Shown here piece by piece: positions 13,090 through 27,081 of a DNA stretch of 64,000 bases. Below the pieces are notes generated by a model that worked only from the letters and a program-made list of their open reading frames with translations, was not told the origin of the DNA and made no database searches. Source of the stretch: Lytechinus pictus (Eukaryota); NCBI RefSeq assembly GCF_037042905.1, contig NC_087251.1:22012001-22076000 (forward strand), in the 5' to 3' direction. The translations under genes were made by a program, and so were the position numbers. Position 1 is the stretch's first letter. Each line of letters opens with the position of its first letter.

Positions 13090-15276
13090 AATGTCTGTAA
13101 TGCGCATGTCAGTCCCACAATGTAAAGGGATAGATTTCACTTTTAACTGCCTTCAAATCCTGCCACTCTGCTATTGTTGAGGTGCATTCAAGTCACAGAT
13201 CAAGTACAAATAAGTTGGTCTATCGGGGAACTATAAATAGGAGAAATGGCAATGTGATGTTTGCCCAGCATTTTGCCACCTTTACTGGTTTGAAAGTGGT
13301 TGTGACATCAGTGTGCAAAACCCACTAAATGAATGTGTAAGAGGAGAATGGTGTGTAGATGATGATATCATGTCAATACAGCCAGGCAATGGGGGTTTTA
13401 TTCTCATCCAAATTAAATTAAGATATTATTCATTTAGATAGTTATACCAGTACTCTTGGCGAGCTGTGCAAAATGCAGTGGAATCCCAATTGAAAATAAA
13501 AATCCAGGCTGCAAGCTGTATAGGGTTGCAAAATTCAAAATTTCAAAATTCAAACAAAATCTGTTTTGAGTGAAAATGAAAACCCATGAGTTTTTCATTA
13601 CATGTTTACTTTTACCAACCCCCCCCCCCACCCGTCCTTAAAAAAAACTCCTAATTAAAGTTCAGTCTGAGTTTATTCCTGTTGTGAGAAGAAAATGACC
13701 AGATGACTGTTGCATGATGGCAGGCTTTATTTAAAAACAGGAAGGCAATTTGCCCATGAAATATAATAGATTTTATCAAGTACTGTCTCAATTTGCGTAG
13801 GTGTTTGAATACTGTTTTTCTTTCATTTTGCATTCTACTTATCGTTAATACTTGATTTTGATATTGTTTGAAAATATATAGAAAACATATAAAAATGTAT
13901 AGTCGTATCAACCAGTCGAGGTCCTTTGATTATTGTGTTGCATTTGAAGTTCATTCCACAAAATATTGAACAGGACATTTTTGTGAAGGGTTCCTGTTTG
14001 GACGTACTAGCCAGAGTCAATGTTTATTTCCTGTGCCTAATAACCCTCATTCAACATTCCTACAATGAATAGACAAAATAAAGATCGGTCATCCACCAAA
14101 TGCAGTAATTCAATATGAGTAATGACATGATTAGGTGACTTCTGACTAAGCGGTTGCAGAATAGTATTTTGAATGTTCAGTTGTGTCATTGGCTTGGTTG
14201 GATGACATGTCAGTAGTAGATTATTGAAAAACCTTGGAAAGAGGGTAGCATTCTTGGAAATAGTAATATATCCTTTCATTTAAAACAAATTAATGGTAAT
14301 TCATATTTACTTGGAATTTCTCCATATGTACAAGGAATACCCCTCTCGATCTTAAACGAGGTTGATGGGTTACCTAAATATTTTAGACCTGTGATATCAA
14401 GATAGAAAAAGAAAGGAAAAAGGTAGAAGACAGAGACACATTTTTGTCTGAGATAAGCTTGAAATTTGGCAGTGACATTTAAGACAACCATCTTTCCCAA
14501 TGTAATATGATGTTAAGCTTGCTTAATGTTAATAAGATTATGAGCTTCTTACAGTAAGGTGTGTAGAGATGTTAGTGTGTTGCCATAGTTACAATTTGAA
14601 TTGAATGATGTAGGTAAAATGATTCCAAGATATGCTGTATTGATGAGCATGGATTGCTGTTCTAGATTCAATGTTTCAGATACTCAGATGAGTATGTTGT
14701 AGATCTAAGGTTCAGAAATTGATGAAAAGTGACAGGACAGTTTGTTTGTCAGGAGCTAGGTGTGCATACTAGGATTTTTTAAAGCCCATATTTAGTTTTT
14801 GGTAATTTTTTTCATAAAAAGCACAAGTTCATGTTTCTTGTTTTTCAACCAAATGATACTGTTTCAACTGCAACTACCAATAGTACTACTACTGCTACTT
14901 CTGATACTTCTTTTTCTACCACTACCACCACGACGGCATATAAAAAAAAGATGGTGATAATAATGATAATATTAATTCAATTCAATCTATACATTATCAT
15001 GCATTTATTAAAATAATAATTGCCCCTAGACTGCTTGCTATGCTTGTCTACACATGATTCCACTGCATGAAACAAGTTGTAATTATATGTTTTTTTTTTA
15101 ATTTATAATGATATTATGAGTATAATAATAGAAGTAGTGGTGGTATAGTAATAATAATGATATATACTATTGATTTTGATAATAAGGCTTTGTAAGGTGA
15201 TAATGATAATGGTGAACAAAATGTACATCAGCTCCTAATTACTGCTTATAATATTGGTACCTCTGCTGTCTTAATA

Positions 15277-16256
15277 CAGTGCGTATCCAAAAAAAAGTTT
15301 ACACTTAGAAAAAATCCTGTAAAATTATACATTTGTAATATCCCTAAGATTTTTCCACATTTTAACATTGGTACAGATCCATTTAAGCAAATGACGATAT
15401 AACTGTCGAAAAATATTTCCGCTTGAGTGAGCACCACTTTTGAAAAGTTAGTGAAAAATGATTTGCGCAGAACTTTGAAATAGTGAATAGTGAATAAAAG
15501 CAGACCTTAATCATGAAGAACACATGGAATTTAGCTAGTAAAATTTATTTGAAGATATCTTTTACCTTTTTAACTTGTTTCTTTGCCCAAAACACTTCGA
15601 AGAGTGCATTGCGCCCCACCCCACTCCCCCACACCGAGGCCTTCATGACGATATTTGCTTTACGCTGAGCTGTGATTTACATGAAATGGCTTAGGCTTGA
15701 TTTTCATTTTGTTAATCATTGTCAAGCTTGGAAAAAGTGTGGAGAAACAAGTATTAACTGAAAAAATGAAATGTAAACCCACTTTGAATAATAAAAACTC
15801 AGTGAAAAAATGCTATAGAGATGTCTGATATAAACTTGTGTTCAGATTCAGTTATATCCTCAGATCCAGCTGGCACAAAAAAGGGTAAAAGTTGTGCTTA
15901 GTGTTGAAATTTCAATTTGGTTGGCAAAATTGTTACAAAATGCTTGAATTTATCCGTTTTATTTCAATTGACTAAAAGTGCAAGGGAAATGTATGAGAAA
16001 TGTTTCGCAGGGTAAGTTTGATTTCGTCCTTTGCCCGTGACACAGCGTGAAAACAAGCATTTCTGGGCCAACAGATTTCTGCGAGCTTTACAAAAATGGA
16101 CAGTGCTCACTCAAGTGTAACATTCTGTCAAAAAATTTACTTTCATTGGATAGATGAGACCCAAGCCAAGATTATATGTGAAAAAATTACCCACATATTG
16201 TATATTATAATTTCCAGGGCTTTTTCAAAGTGTAAACTTTTTTTTGATACGCACTG
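15277..16256. mobile_element. Non-autonomous Tc1/mariner-type element
   Basis: TIR CAGTGCGTATC-A(n)-GTTTACACTT / AAGTGTAAAC-T(n)-GATACGCACTG; TA TSD at 15275-15276 and 16257-16258; no transposase ORF. Confidence 0.9.
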
Positions 16257-16258
16257 TA

Positions 16259-16382
16259 TAATGATGATAATAATAATAATAGTAATGATGATGATAATGT
16301 TAGTAATAATAATGATAATAGTAATAATAATGATAATAATAATAATAATAATAATGAAATTAGTAGAAATAATAATAATAAT
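16259..16382. repeat. (ATA)n/(ATG)n imperfect microsatellite
   Basis: Trinucleotide run seen directly. Confidence 0.9.
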
Positions 16383-17761
16383 ATATCTGTTAGGAATCAT
16401 TTGTACATCCTCTCTTCATATTGTGCAATGTTTAGAAGAAATCACTTGTGATAAGTCATAATTTCAATTGTCCCTGGTGTTAAAGACATGTCAAATATCA
16501 CAAGAGAAAGTAATCTCCTTGAAAGCCAATAGTGCCTTAAAATGCTAGCAATTTATTTTGTTCTTCATAAACCCTTGGGCAGACAATGGCCTTTAAAAAA
16601 AAGAGAAGAATCAAAAACATATATGACATTTGTCATATTTCCCTGTGTATATGATCTATACATATACTGAAATAATTTAAAGTATTTGTCTTCATTATGA
16701 AAGCAAAAAAATAAAAAATAAACATAAGAAATATACAATATTAACAGATTTTTTGTATTTATGACTCCCCATAATTTCAGCAGAGTTAGACCATGTTCTA
16801 AGTTAAACCAAACTTAAGAATACTGGCCATAGTGTCTTAAAACTGCCAAGAACCAAGAGGGTAGTACTTGGCCTGTTCTTATCATGAAGATACACACCCT
16901 ATTGCCTTGTGAATGGTGGATGTTTTTAAATGTTTTGCAATTAGATGCGTGTATCTGCATAGTCACATTTTCTTCATTTTCCCTAAACATGGAAAATTTT
17001 GCCAAGCCTGTCTTGTCTTGTCTTGTCTTCTCTTCTGACTGGAGTTAACCCAAAAAGATAGATGATCTTGGGGTGATTCAAAAAGCTCTTAAGTGTAATC
17101 TAAAATCATGTTTAATGCTACAGGCACATAAATCAAAATCAGCTCTAAACTTACCAATTATATGCCATTTAAAATAACCTGAAAGCTTTGATTGTTCTGG
17201 AGTTAGGGAACTCCCTGGTTTGACTTTAGAATGAGTGCTAATGCACACATGGCAATTTAAGTTATATTCTTGATAATGATTGTGCAGTAGTAAGCGTACC
17301 CAAAGCATGATCTGACCAAATGAAGTGGAGTTTTATATACCCCATGCTAATGAGAATTTAAATGTGACTTGTGACTTTGTGAAACATCCCCTTGTCTTCT
17401 TGTCTTTTCATCCACTTGATAAGACCAAGTATCTTGCCATTTCATCTTTTTGACTTACTTTGTTATAAATTATCTTTTTTCATTCATTTCTGTACCCGTA
17501 TGACATCAAGAAGGGAAGAGTCTGAACTACTTCCCAAGTGCCTTTGGAGATGTTTGTAAGCAGTATTGGTGTACAAATGTGGGTGGATCTTATTGGCAAC
17601 AGCAAAAATTGGCACACCTTGCAGAAAATTGAAAATGGAAGAATAAATTAAAAGTGTATAAATTGGAAGCAGCAGTAGTACATTGCAATAAGCTGAAAGT
17701 AGCAGACATAGTAATAGTCAAGAAGCAGAAGTTATTTTTGTCTTTGTCGTAGTTATCATGT

Positions 17762-17824
17762 AAGTAGTAGTAGAGGTAATGGTAGTGGTAGTAGTAGTAG
17801 TAGCAGTAGTAGTAGTAGTAGTAA

Positions 17825-17863
<39 letters not shown>

Positions 17864-17883
17864 TAGTAGTAGTAGAAGTAGTA

Positions 17884-17950
<67 letters not shown>

Positions 17951-18000
17951 AAGTAGTAGTGGTGGTAGTAGTGGTGGTAGTAGTAGTAGTAGTAGTAGTG

Positions 18001-18042
<42 letters not shown>

Positions 18043-18073
18043 ATAAGTAGTAGTAGTGGTGGTGGTGGTGGTG

Positions 18074-18132
<59 letters not shown>

Positions 18133-18151
18133 GGTAGTAGTGGTAGTAGTG

Positions 18152-18232
<81 letters not shown>

Positions 18233-18340
18233 GTAGTAGTGGTAGTAGTGGTAGTAGTAGTAGTAGAAGTAGTAGTAGTAGTGGTAGTGTTATTAGTAGT
18301 TTTAGTAGCAGTAGTAGTAGTAGTAGTAGTAATGGTAGTG

Positions 18341-18380
<40 letters not shown>

Positions 18381-18390
18381 CAGTAGTAGA
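17762..18390. repeat. Long imperfect (GTA)n microsatellite with (GTG)n patches
   Basis: ~630 bp trinucleotide run; it accounts for the poly-V/S/T/Y ORFs. Confidence 0.97.
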
Positions 18391-21300
18391 CACTGAGATG
18401 TAATAGATGTGTAGCAGTAATTCTAGCAGCAGTGGTAGTAGTAAGTAAATTGTGTATAGACAACTTTATTGGATGTGTTTTAGGCACATGGTTAATCTAT
18501 CACAATATCCATTGCACAAAAATATAGTTTTATAAAGAAAATTAATCCAAATATTGAGTGAAGGAATCTGAACTATGTTTTGGATAAGATTGGAGAAAAT
18601 TAAAAGAAGTTAGAAAAATATAAATCTAAAATGAAGGGAAGGGGATGCGGGGTCAAAATTGACATTTTGATAAAGCACAATATTGCTTTATTTGTTTCGA
18701 TATTTCCTAACCCCAAATTTTACATGACCTAGGCATCAATTTGCATTGTTGAAACATCATCCTCTCTCCCGCTGTCAGGATATGATAGTGTCTGGAGAAC
18801 TTCCAAGATTCTCTTTTGATGGTTGTAACTGCATGGAACCTTAAAATCATGTGGTTGAGAAGGAGGAGGTATGGATTGTCAATTGACAGGTGGTTTCAGA
18901 GCCTGCTAGGTGATAAGCAGACACCTACTCCCACCTGATCTTAACCTTGTAGGAGATTGTGATGAGAATAGACTTAATTCAGATATGAAAATTACGATGT
19001 CTTAGTGGGTGTGTACACACTGTGTGCACACCATGTTATTCATATTGGCTCATATTCTGAACTTTAACTTAAACTGTGGTTTAACTATTAGTAGCCAATT
19101 GTGGCACCGAATTTATGATCGTATTTGCCTCTTTTTATAATTGATTGCCTGGTAATAATTAATAAAACAAATTCTTCACCATTTAGATCATGAGAAAAGC
19201 GACCATTAAATATTAAATGTAGGCTACCGATGATTTTTTTATATTTACTTAGAACATGGCTTTATTTGAAGTATAGTTCACAATAGGAATCGATATCTTG
19301 ATCTTGATCAGGATTGCTTCCTAGCATGATTCCATGTTCACATGTACTAATGTCTGCTTTTGATGGTATTTTTTAGTGTTTTGTTTGTCTGATTTGACTT
19401 TATCTGTTCAAATCATGTTGTTTTTCAGCCAGGAGATTCCCTTTAAATGAGACAGCATAACAATTTGAAGATGTTTGGCAAGAGCAAATTGAAGATTAAA
19501 GGCTTGTAGAATTTCATGCATTCCTCATGGGTAATGTAACGTGAAAAAATCCAATATAAAAGAAGTACATAGAGATTTTTCTCATCAGAACTAATGCAAA
19601 GTACACTATTTTGTCCAGTGTCGTAATGAGCCAAAATTTTGAGGAGGCCATGCACGGCATTTGGTGCCAAATTTTTAAAAAAGCTGCGAGTGAGTGAAGC
19701 AAGCAAGCAAAAATTTTGACATAATTTTTCTGAAAATGATGTCATATTCACCTTTTTCTTTCATTTTCACTTTTTTTCTTGGTCGTGAATTTTTTTTTGG
19801 GGGGGGGGAGGGGGGTCCAAGCTCCCTCATCTAGACACAAGTGATTTTGTGAAACTCTGCTGTTCAGCTACAAAATGCCTCTACAAAACTTGTATATTCA
19901 GTTATTAAGGTTAACACAATAAGAAATTATAATAATTATTTACCCAAGAGAGCTCTAAATGAATTGTTCTCCTAGAGTTCAATCCTCCTAGTCTGAATTC
20001 CCAACCAGTCATACATGTACTGTTTTTATATGTCATGTTTGAATAGCATTGTGTTAACAAAAATGCAGTGACTTCTCAAGGCAGATGTTCAAGTGTTGGG
20101 TGCCACCTCCATGCTTCATGACCTTCAAGGGGTTTTATCTGACTGGCTTTGAAGGAATTCTTTTCCCTTCTCATTAAAATTGCTATTTTGAATGTTGGTA
20201 CTCCATTCCATCAATCATTTGCTCGGTACTCTCTGCTACATCTGCCTCAGACCAAGATTTATATTTCACCATCAATGATTATTTAAGGGGATTGTGGAGG
20301 AACTTATTTGCAATCAATGGCAAATGTTGATTATAAATGTGAAATTAATTGATAGGTCAATTTAATCAACTGTTCTTTAAGTCAGCCAAGCAATCAATTG
20401 CAATTTCGTAAAGATTGGTTTTGGAATCAAATGTGATCCATTTGATGTGATACACTCGTTATAATTACCATTATTCCAATTTTGCAGCATTTCAGTGAAG
20501 GACACTTTTTTTGCCATTTGGTGAGAAAATTAGCGTGTTCTATAAAAAGGCAAAATCCAACTTTTTCCCAATTTCCTAATTATCAAATCGATAAATATGA
20601 TTTACAATGCTCAAAATCTACTCTACATAATGGCTTCCAAATGAAAGTAAGGAGAAGAAAATGTTATCAATGCAGCGCTTTGCTTGGCAAGTACCCCCCC
20701 CCCCTCCCCAGAGTAGGATGCATTTTTGTAATAGCTGTGAAAGTCCTTGCCCTATTGTTGAAAGAAATAAACTGTAAATTCACGTCATGTGTTATTGCCT
20801 GAGGCTCTCCTTTTTAAATAGTTAATCAAGCTGAAGTATTTAGGTATGATTTAGAACAGGAAGATCTCAAGGCATCATTGGCTATGAAATCATTTTAACG
20901 ATAAGTAACATGATATTTACACCTCAGGACATTGAAATGCTACCTCTCTTTGCTGTAATAGATATAAGGTTTCCTAAATCACTATAAATTCCAACAAATT
21001 ATCCAGTGCTTACAGAATGGAGATAAAAGAATCATTGTTTTGCAGTTATGTTGGGTAGAATTGTTATGGTTTCTGGAATTGGGTCCCAAATGTTGTAGTA
21101 TTCATTAGCTACACATGGATTGTTTTGACCAGGAGGTAATTTTGAATTTTAAAAAAATTGCTTGAACTATTATTAATTACAGCTTCACATTTTTTGTAAG
21201 AAGCTAGTTTAGCATTATCTGGGCATTGCATGATAAATTGCTTTTGTATAGATTAATCAATGCTCATTATATGTGTTTAAGTCATTCTAAAGCTTTGGTT

Positions 21301-22934
21301 AAAGGATCAATAAAGTGAATTGAATTAAAGTATAATCTAACATTCCATTTAGAATTGTATTGGCTGTTGAATGTTATTGATTCATTTTGAAAGCTGTTCT
21401 CTCTCATACTGTTTGATATTTCATAAAAAAAGAATTTTCAGCCCATTCTGTACTTGAGAAAGTGGCTTTATAAAAATAAATATGTAGATATATATATATT
21501 TTTCATATGCAGATATTTTATTTCATTGGGCACCAGATTAATATAAGTGAACCTGCAATGTAATATCATTAATCTATTTTGCACAAACTTAAAACTCATT
21601 AACTGTCACCTTACTGTCTTCCATAGATGTGAATGTACTGAAAACTAAAGGTCATTTTTAAAAAAATGAATAATAATAATTAATAATGAATATTCAAGTA
21701 ATGATAAAAATGTTTATTCTTTTGTTTTTTTTTCTTCTTTTTTTAATTCTTCTCCTCTTTTTTTCTATTTCTTCATCTTCTTTTTATCTTGTTTTTCTTT
21801 TTCTCCGTCAGTATCATTTTCTTCTTCTGCTTCATCTATGTCTTAATCTTTTTCTTCTTCTCCATCTTATTATGAATATATTAAATTGAAATCCAACTTT
21901 ATCTATGGAAATGCATTAATTGATGGACAACATAACATCTTCATGTCATGTGTGTAAATTAAATTCCTGTCTCATTTTTAAGTGTCAAATTATTAGGCCT
22001 TTAAGTACAAAGTAGCCATACATATAAGTACATACAAGCTGAGGTCTCTGGTGGCTGTTTCATAATAAAAGCTGTTGTAAAGTTAAAGCACAACTGGAAC
22101 ATGTTCCTAGGTCCATAATTGAATACAGAGGGATATATCACTTAGGGTGCACTTATGCGCCACTTTTTTACCCTAGAATCATTATTTGAATCATGATTAG
22201 AAAGACATTTCTGCAGAATCACGATGCATTTAGTCAAAAGTAAAAGTAAATGTGTTTCAAGTCACAAACATGAAACAAAACAAAGAAAAGGGGGCATTTG
22301 AAAAGACTTTTCTGCCAAATTGGGTTAAAAAATGGTCGCAAAAACATAACAGTGATTTGAATCATGATTTATGACGTCATTGTGTTGGCCTACTTCCTTG
22401 TTCATGACATACCATACGCGGTTCCGGCGGTATCCTTCACTTTTGCTTTACACAGTAGCCTACACAATAAAAAAAAAACATTGTGTATCTTTTACAATTA
22501 AATCAATGTTGACCAATAATTCCTTGGTCAAACTAGGCACTACGATGCGCACTGGCTAGGCTCGTAGTATCCTCTTGTCGAGAACCTGGTGGCTGTTTCC
22601 CGAGCGAAGCGAGGGATATCCTAATTCGCGAAGCGAATTAGGCCTGGCGAGGGCGAGCACAGCGAGCCAGAGCCACTTGACATCTGAGCTGAATTGTATA
22701 TTAATGAGGAAAGTTTTCCTAATGAATATACATGAGTCATGAATATTACCGGTCACCTAGTAAACCAATGAAATGTCAAAAGCTGTTTCGTCCGGGGTTC
22801 GGAATACTATAGCAGTCCACTATTCTGCAGGTTATTCATTTAATTGCGGGACACTATAGGGGATATAACCAGCAAAATGCTACAAGTAGTGGTACTACTA
22901 CTAGTACCAGCCGTAACAGACCATCACCGCCCTG

Positions 22935-25135
22935 CATGGGCGGAAATCTGTCCCGAAAGGTAGGGGGGACAACAGGGGCGGATCCAGCCTTCGCCAATAG
23001 GGGGGGGGGGCGAACAAAAAATTTCAGCCATATGTTAATCCCCGATCGGCCGCTCGAAGATGATTTTTGTTTGTTTCATTGAAGGAGTAGTCCTCATGGT
23101 CACTTTTTAGCTTTATTCTTATAATTCAACATAAATATATAATATCATAATCCTTATCTATATAATGCGAGCGGGAAGCGCGAGCAATTTTTTTTTGGTT
23201 GGAAATTCTATGTATTTTTTCCTAAAATTTGAGCATTCTGGGCAATGTTTGTTATCCTGAAAATGATGTATATGCAACTAAATAATTACTACGAATGCGA
23301 AGTGCGAGCAGAGGTTAACTGATGGAAAAGGTACCTGTTAAAGACTGCTTGCAGTAAGCCATGAAGACGTTATAATATTTCAACAATCAAATAATGCGAG
23401 CGCGAAGCGCGAGCTGAAATTTTTAGAATTTTTAACCTAAAGAATGGAAATTCTAAGCACTTTTTGTAACTTAAACATAATAATAGGTATATAACTAAAC
23501 AATTGATGCGAACGCGAAGCGCGAGCGGAAAATTTTGAGATTTAGACCTAAGAACGAGACACTCTATTTATGTTTTGTAAATCATGAAAAGGATGAGTAA
23601 TTGGGGGTCTTCCTTACACCCGGTCCTTACATTAATAATGCTAGTGCAAAGTGCAGCCATAAAATGTTTATATACGTTTAATTTGAACTGATCGAAAAGA
23701 TACTTGTTAAGGACTGCTTGCACTTAGCCTTGAAGACGTTACATATTTCAACAATCAAATAATGCTAGCGCGATTCGCGAACTGAAAATTTTTGACATTT
23801 CTACAAAAAGAATCGAGAATTTTAATCAATTTTTGTAATCGTGAACAGGGTAGCTATATAACTAAACAATTGATGCAAGCGAAGCGCGAGCAGAAAAATT
23901 TGAGATTTAGACCTAAAAACGGGACACTTTATTCATGTTTTGTAAATCATGAAAAGGATGAGTAATAGGGGATTTTTCTACATTAATAATGCGAGCACAA
24001 AGCGCGAGCAGAAAATTTTTGATATTATGATCTGAAACTGGATAATGATTTAAATAGAGAACAAGTTGAATATCTGAATAAACATGCGCGTGTTAAGAAT
24101 TATACCCAGAATCTAGGCATTCTACACATCTTTTATCCTGAAAAATCTGAAAAAAAAGTCAACTTAAGCTATATATTTTAAGCATTTTGTAGGAAAATTG
24201 TGAGGTGGATATGGATCGCACTTAATAAAGAGCTGATATTTTTCATTACTATTTGAGTTTTGACATAGGACCGGGACGAGATTAAACAAAAGGGACAATT
24301 TAATCATTAAATTAATCTTATTCATTAATGCCTAATAAGGACGAGAAATCTGATGATATTATGGCCTGAAAACTGGACATTTCAAGCACTTTTGTAATTA
24401 TGAATAGAATGCATCAGTCAAAATATTTTTTAACCATTAATGTGAGCGCAAATCGCGAGCCAAAATCTTTGATAAACTGTCATAAAAACCAAATTGAGAC
24501 ATACATAACTCGCCAATCAAAATGCGAGCGAGTAGCGCTATCTGATACGTTGAAAATCAGACTTGGAAAGGGATATTTTTCAAACTTAATGGAATACACA
24601 AAAATAATAGGTACTTAATAAATCGAAATTTGCAAGCGCTCAGTGCGAGCAGAAAATGTCAATATTCAGACCATAAAGCTGTCACTTTTACAGAGCACTT
24701 TAAAAATCAGTTTGTAAATCACACAAAATAATGAAAGTTCGATTTCCGAGGTGAAATGTGTAATTTACATTGACTTCCAAACTTGATATTTAAGCTCCAT
24801 ATTGAAAAATCACTTAACAGGCAATGCGAGCGCGAAGCGCGAGCGAAAATTTTATATAGTGACATGAAAGATTCTTTTTATTTTCCAAGTCTTCCCCTCA
24901 TCTTATTTTATTCACTCTGGAAAATTTTACAAGCAAAAAAAAGAGAAGGTTTTCACCCAAAATGTAAGGTCATTTAGTCCAAAATACATGTGTAATCGAA
25001 TGTGAGAGATGCATTTTTCTCCATCATAAACTAAAGACCAAAAATAGTAGGGGGGACATTTGATATTGTGTCCCCCCTACTATTTTTGGTAGGGGGGACA
25101 CGTCCCCCCTGTCCCCCCTGGGATTTCCGCCCATG
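22935..25135. mobile_element. hAT-like non-autonomous element containing a degenerate ~120-bp tandem array
   Basis: 14-bp TIR CATGGGCGGAAATC / GATTTCCGCCCATG; perfect 8-bp TSD CCGCCCTG at 22927-22934 and 25136-25143; repeated internal GCGAGCGCGAAGCGCGAGC motif. Confidence 0.9.
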
Positions 25136-25143
25136 CCGCCCTG

Positions 25144-25430
25144 AAACTTCCTGGGAGATCAGCCTGGTCAGACTCAAGGGGAAGCACCAACTGAACAACT
25201 CGACTCCAGCATTCCCTCACTGCACCGCAGAGATTGATAATCGACGCAAAGTGGGGTGGAATTGCATGAAAGATTACATTTTTTCCATATCCTGTAGTTA
25301 GATTTACAAGCACATCTCGTCCTTTCAGTGCAGATATAATTTCATTGACTTGCAAATCCGTAAATCGGTCAATATTCAGCATTTTAGAGGCATATTCAAT
25401 GCTCTATGATACTTCGCCGTCACTCTTCGC
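25144..25430 (-). pseudogene. RecQ-like SF2 helicase N-terminal relic, probably from an AcademH-type transposon
   Basis: Translation LQVNEIISALKGRDVLVNLTTGYGKNVIFHAIP matches RecQ motif 0/I (Q..AI...L.G.DV...LPTG.GKS). It is followed by a probable frameshift and a motif-Ia-like VVQLVLPLES. It is intronless and truncated. Confidence 0.7.
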
Positions 25431-25548
25431 CAGGATTGTAGAATAAAGATGTATCCAACTCTTCATCTGTGACACAATACTTTATATTGGGCTAGTTAAA
25501 TTGGGCATATTCTCATGCAAAGTAGTTTGAATTGCATAATCATATATT

Positions 25549-25760
25549 TGGGTCTTACTATGAAGTTGGGGCAGAAATTGTGATATTTGAGCATAACTCT
25601 ATACAAATGATATCATACATTTATTGTTTTTAGGCTTTTCCAGTAAAATGTATGCCTTTTATACAAATTTAAAGCCTACAAACAATAAATATATAATACA
25701 ATAAGTCTTGAGTTATGCTAAAATGACACAATTCATGCCCCAACTTCATGGAAAGACCCA
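25549..25760. repeat. Imperfect fold-back (inverted repeat)
   Basis: TGGGTCTTACTATGAAGTTGGGGCAGAAATTGTGATATTTGAGCATAACTC pairs with GAGTTATGCTAAAATGACACAATTCATGCCCCAACTTCATGGAAAGACCCA; inner pair TTTATTGTTTTTAGGCTTT / AAAGCCTACAAACAATAAA. Confidence 0.8.
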
Positions 25761-27081
25761 TATGCATCTAAAAACAAACTTTTTTTTATTATTAGATGAT
25801 AAAACATGAACGCATCATTTCAGAGTAACATCTTCAAACACTTGTATCGGAAGCTGGTAAAGAAACATACAGTGTGGGGATGCTAATGATGCGTTTAATT
25901 AAAGATTACTAATAAATGAACGTATAGGAGTATAGGTGATGAACCGTGTGACAGGTCATAATGAACGCATGGCTCTGACACAGGAAAATGATGTATGGGA
26001 ACAACTCCATGCTGTTACCAAAAAGGCCGTTCCCACTGACTACACTTGGGGTTGCGCACCACAGTTAGTACATGTATATGTATGTACTTACTAAATTTGA
26101 TGGCTATCTGTGTAAGACATTTTCTTTTAGTGATGTCCAGTACATTCTAGTAATTGAAGTCACCTATCATAATTTTTAAGCCAATGGTAATATTCCCTTT
26201 GTGATGTTGGTCCTGCGATGTGATGAGTAGTTTGGTTGCCATGGTAATTGTTGTTTGGTGTGATAATGAAGGAAAAGGAAATCTGCAATCCATTAAGAAA
26301 GAGCATGTGAACTATGAAGTACAGTTTCTCTCCCCCAAACTAAATTGATGGCTATAAAATGTCCACCTTTTCTTCAGTCACCTGCAGGTTTTTCCCCTTT
26401 TATTAACCTATTTTTATCTGCTCCATATTTACATGTAATTTCCAGAGAATTTGACCAGAAAGATATTTTGTGAACTAATCTGTCAAAAATTCTTGACTTG
26501 CAAGAGAAATATTCAAGTTTAAGGCCTGAATGTGCAAGCATTAATGCCGTAAAAACTTATGAAAATCAGGTGACTTTAACTTTTTTCTTTAATCAAGGCA
26601 TTTAAAAAGAAAACTTTTAATTCTTAGTATGGATAAAGGCTGTGTCGTATGTACTGTTGGTTATTTTCAACATATTAGATTTAGAAACTTTTACTGTTAT
26701 AGAGGAAATTTTAAATATTCTTCTTCTTTGATCACAGATAAACTAGAAAAGTAGTCACTCAAATGCTCCAGTAAAAAAAATTAAATATATTAGCATAATG
26801 GAGTTGGTTGTTTAGCTTTAACTTGCAGTATAGATAAGACACACAGCCTGTACTCTATAACTAATTTATTGTAATCAAATGTACGTACCTTCTTCAACCA
26901 ATTACCATTACTTTCTCCTGCGTTTGTGATTTTTACATGCAAGTACGCTAAGCAACAACTGGGCCTTACCCTAGATTAATTGGCTTTTGTTTAAACATAG
27001 GCACAGATTTCACTTATTCTCAGTTTTAATTCCTACACTTGAAGCATTGGTAAACGAGTTTGGTTTGGATTCAAACAGACA

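Noticed and set aside
16096..16461. Poly-Ile ORFs on both strands
   Set aside because: Derived from the (ATA)n microsatellite and a MITE end.
17590..18403. Long ORFs (267, 205 and 115 aa) of poly-T/Y/V/S
   Set aside because: Translations of the (GTA)n microsatellite; no splice or domain evidence.
23160..24850. CRISPR-like repeat/spacer array
   Set aside because: Eukaryotic context, degenerate repeats, ~100-bp spacers homologous to each other, no cas genes; it lies inside a TIR element.
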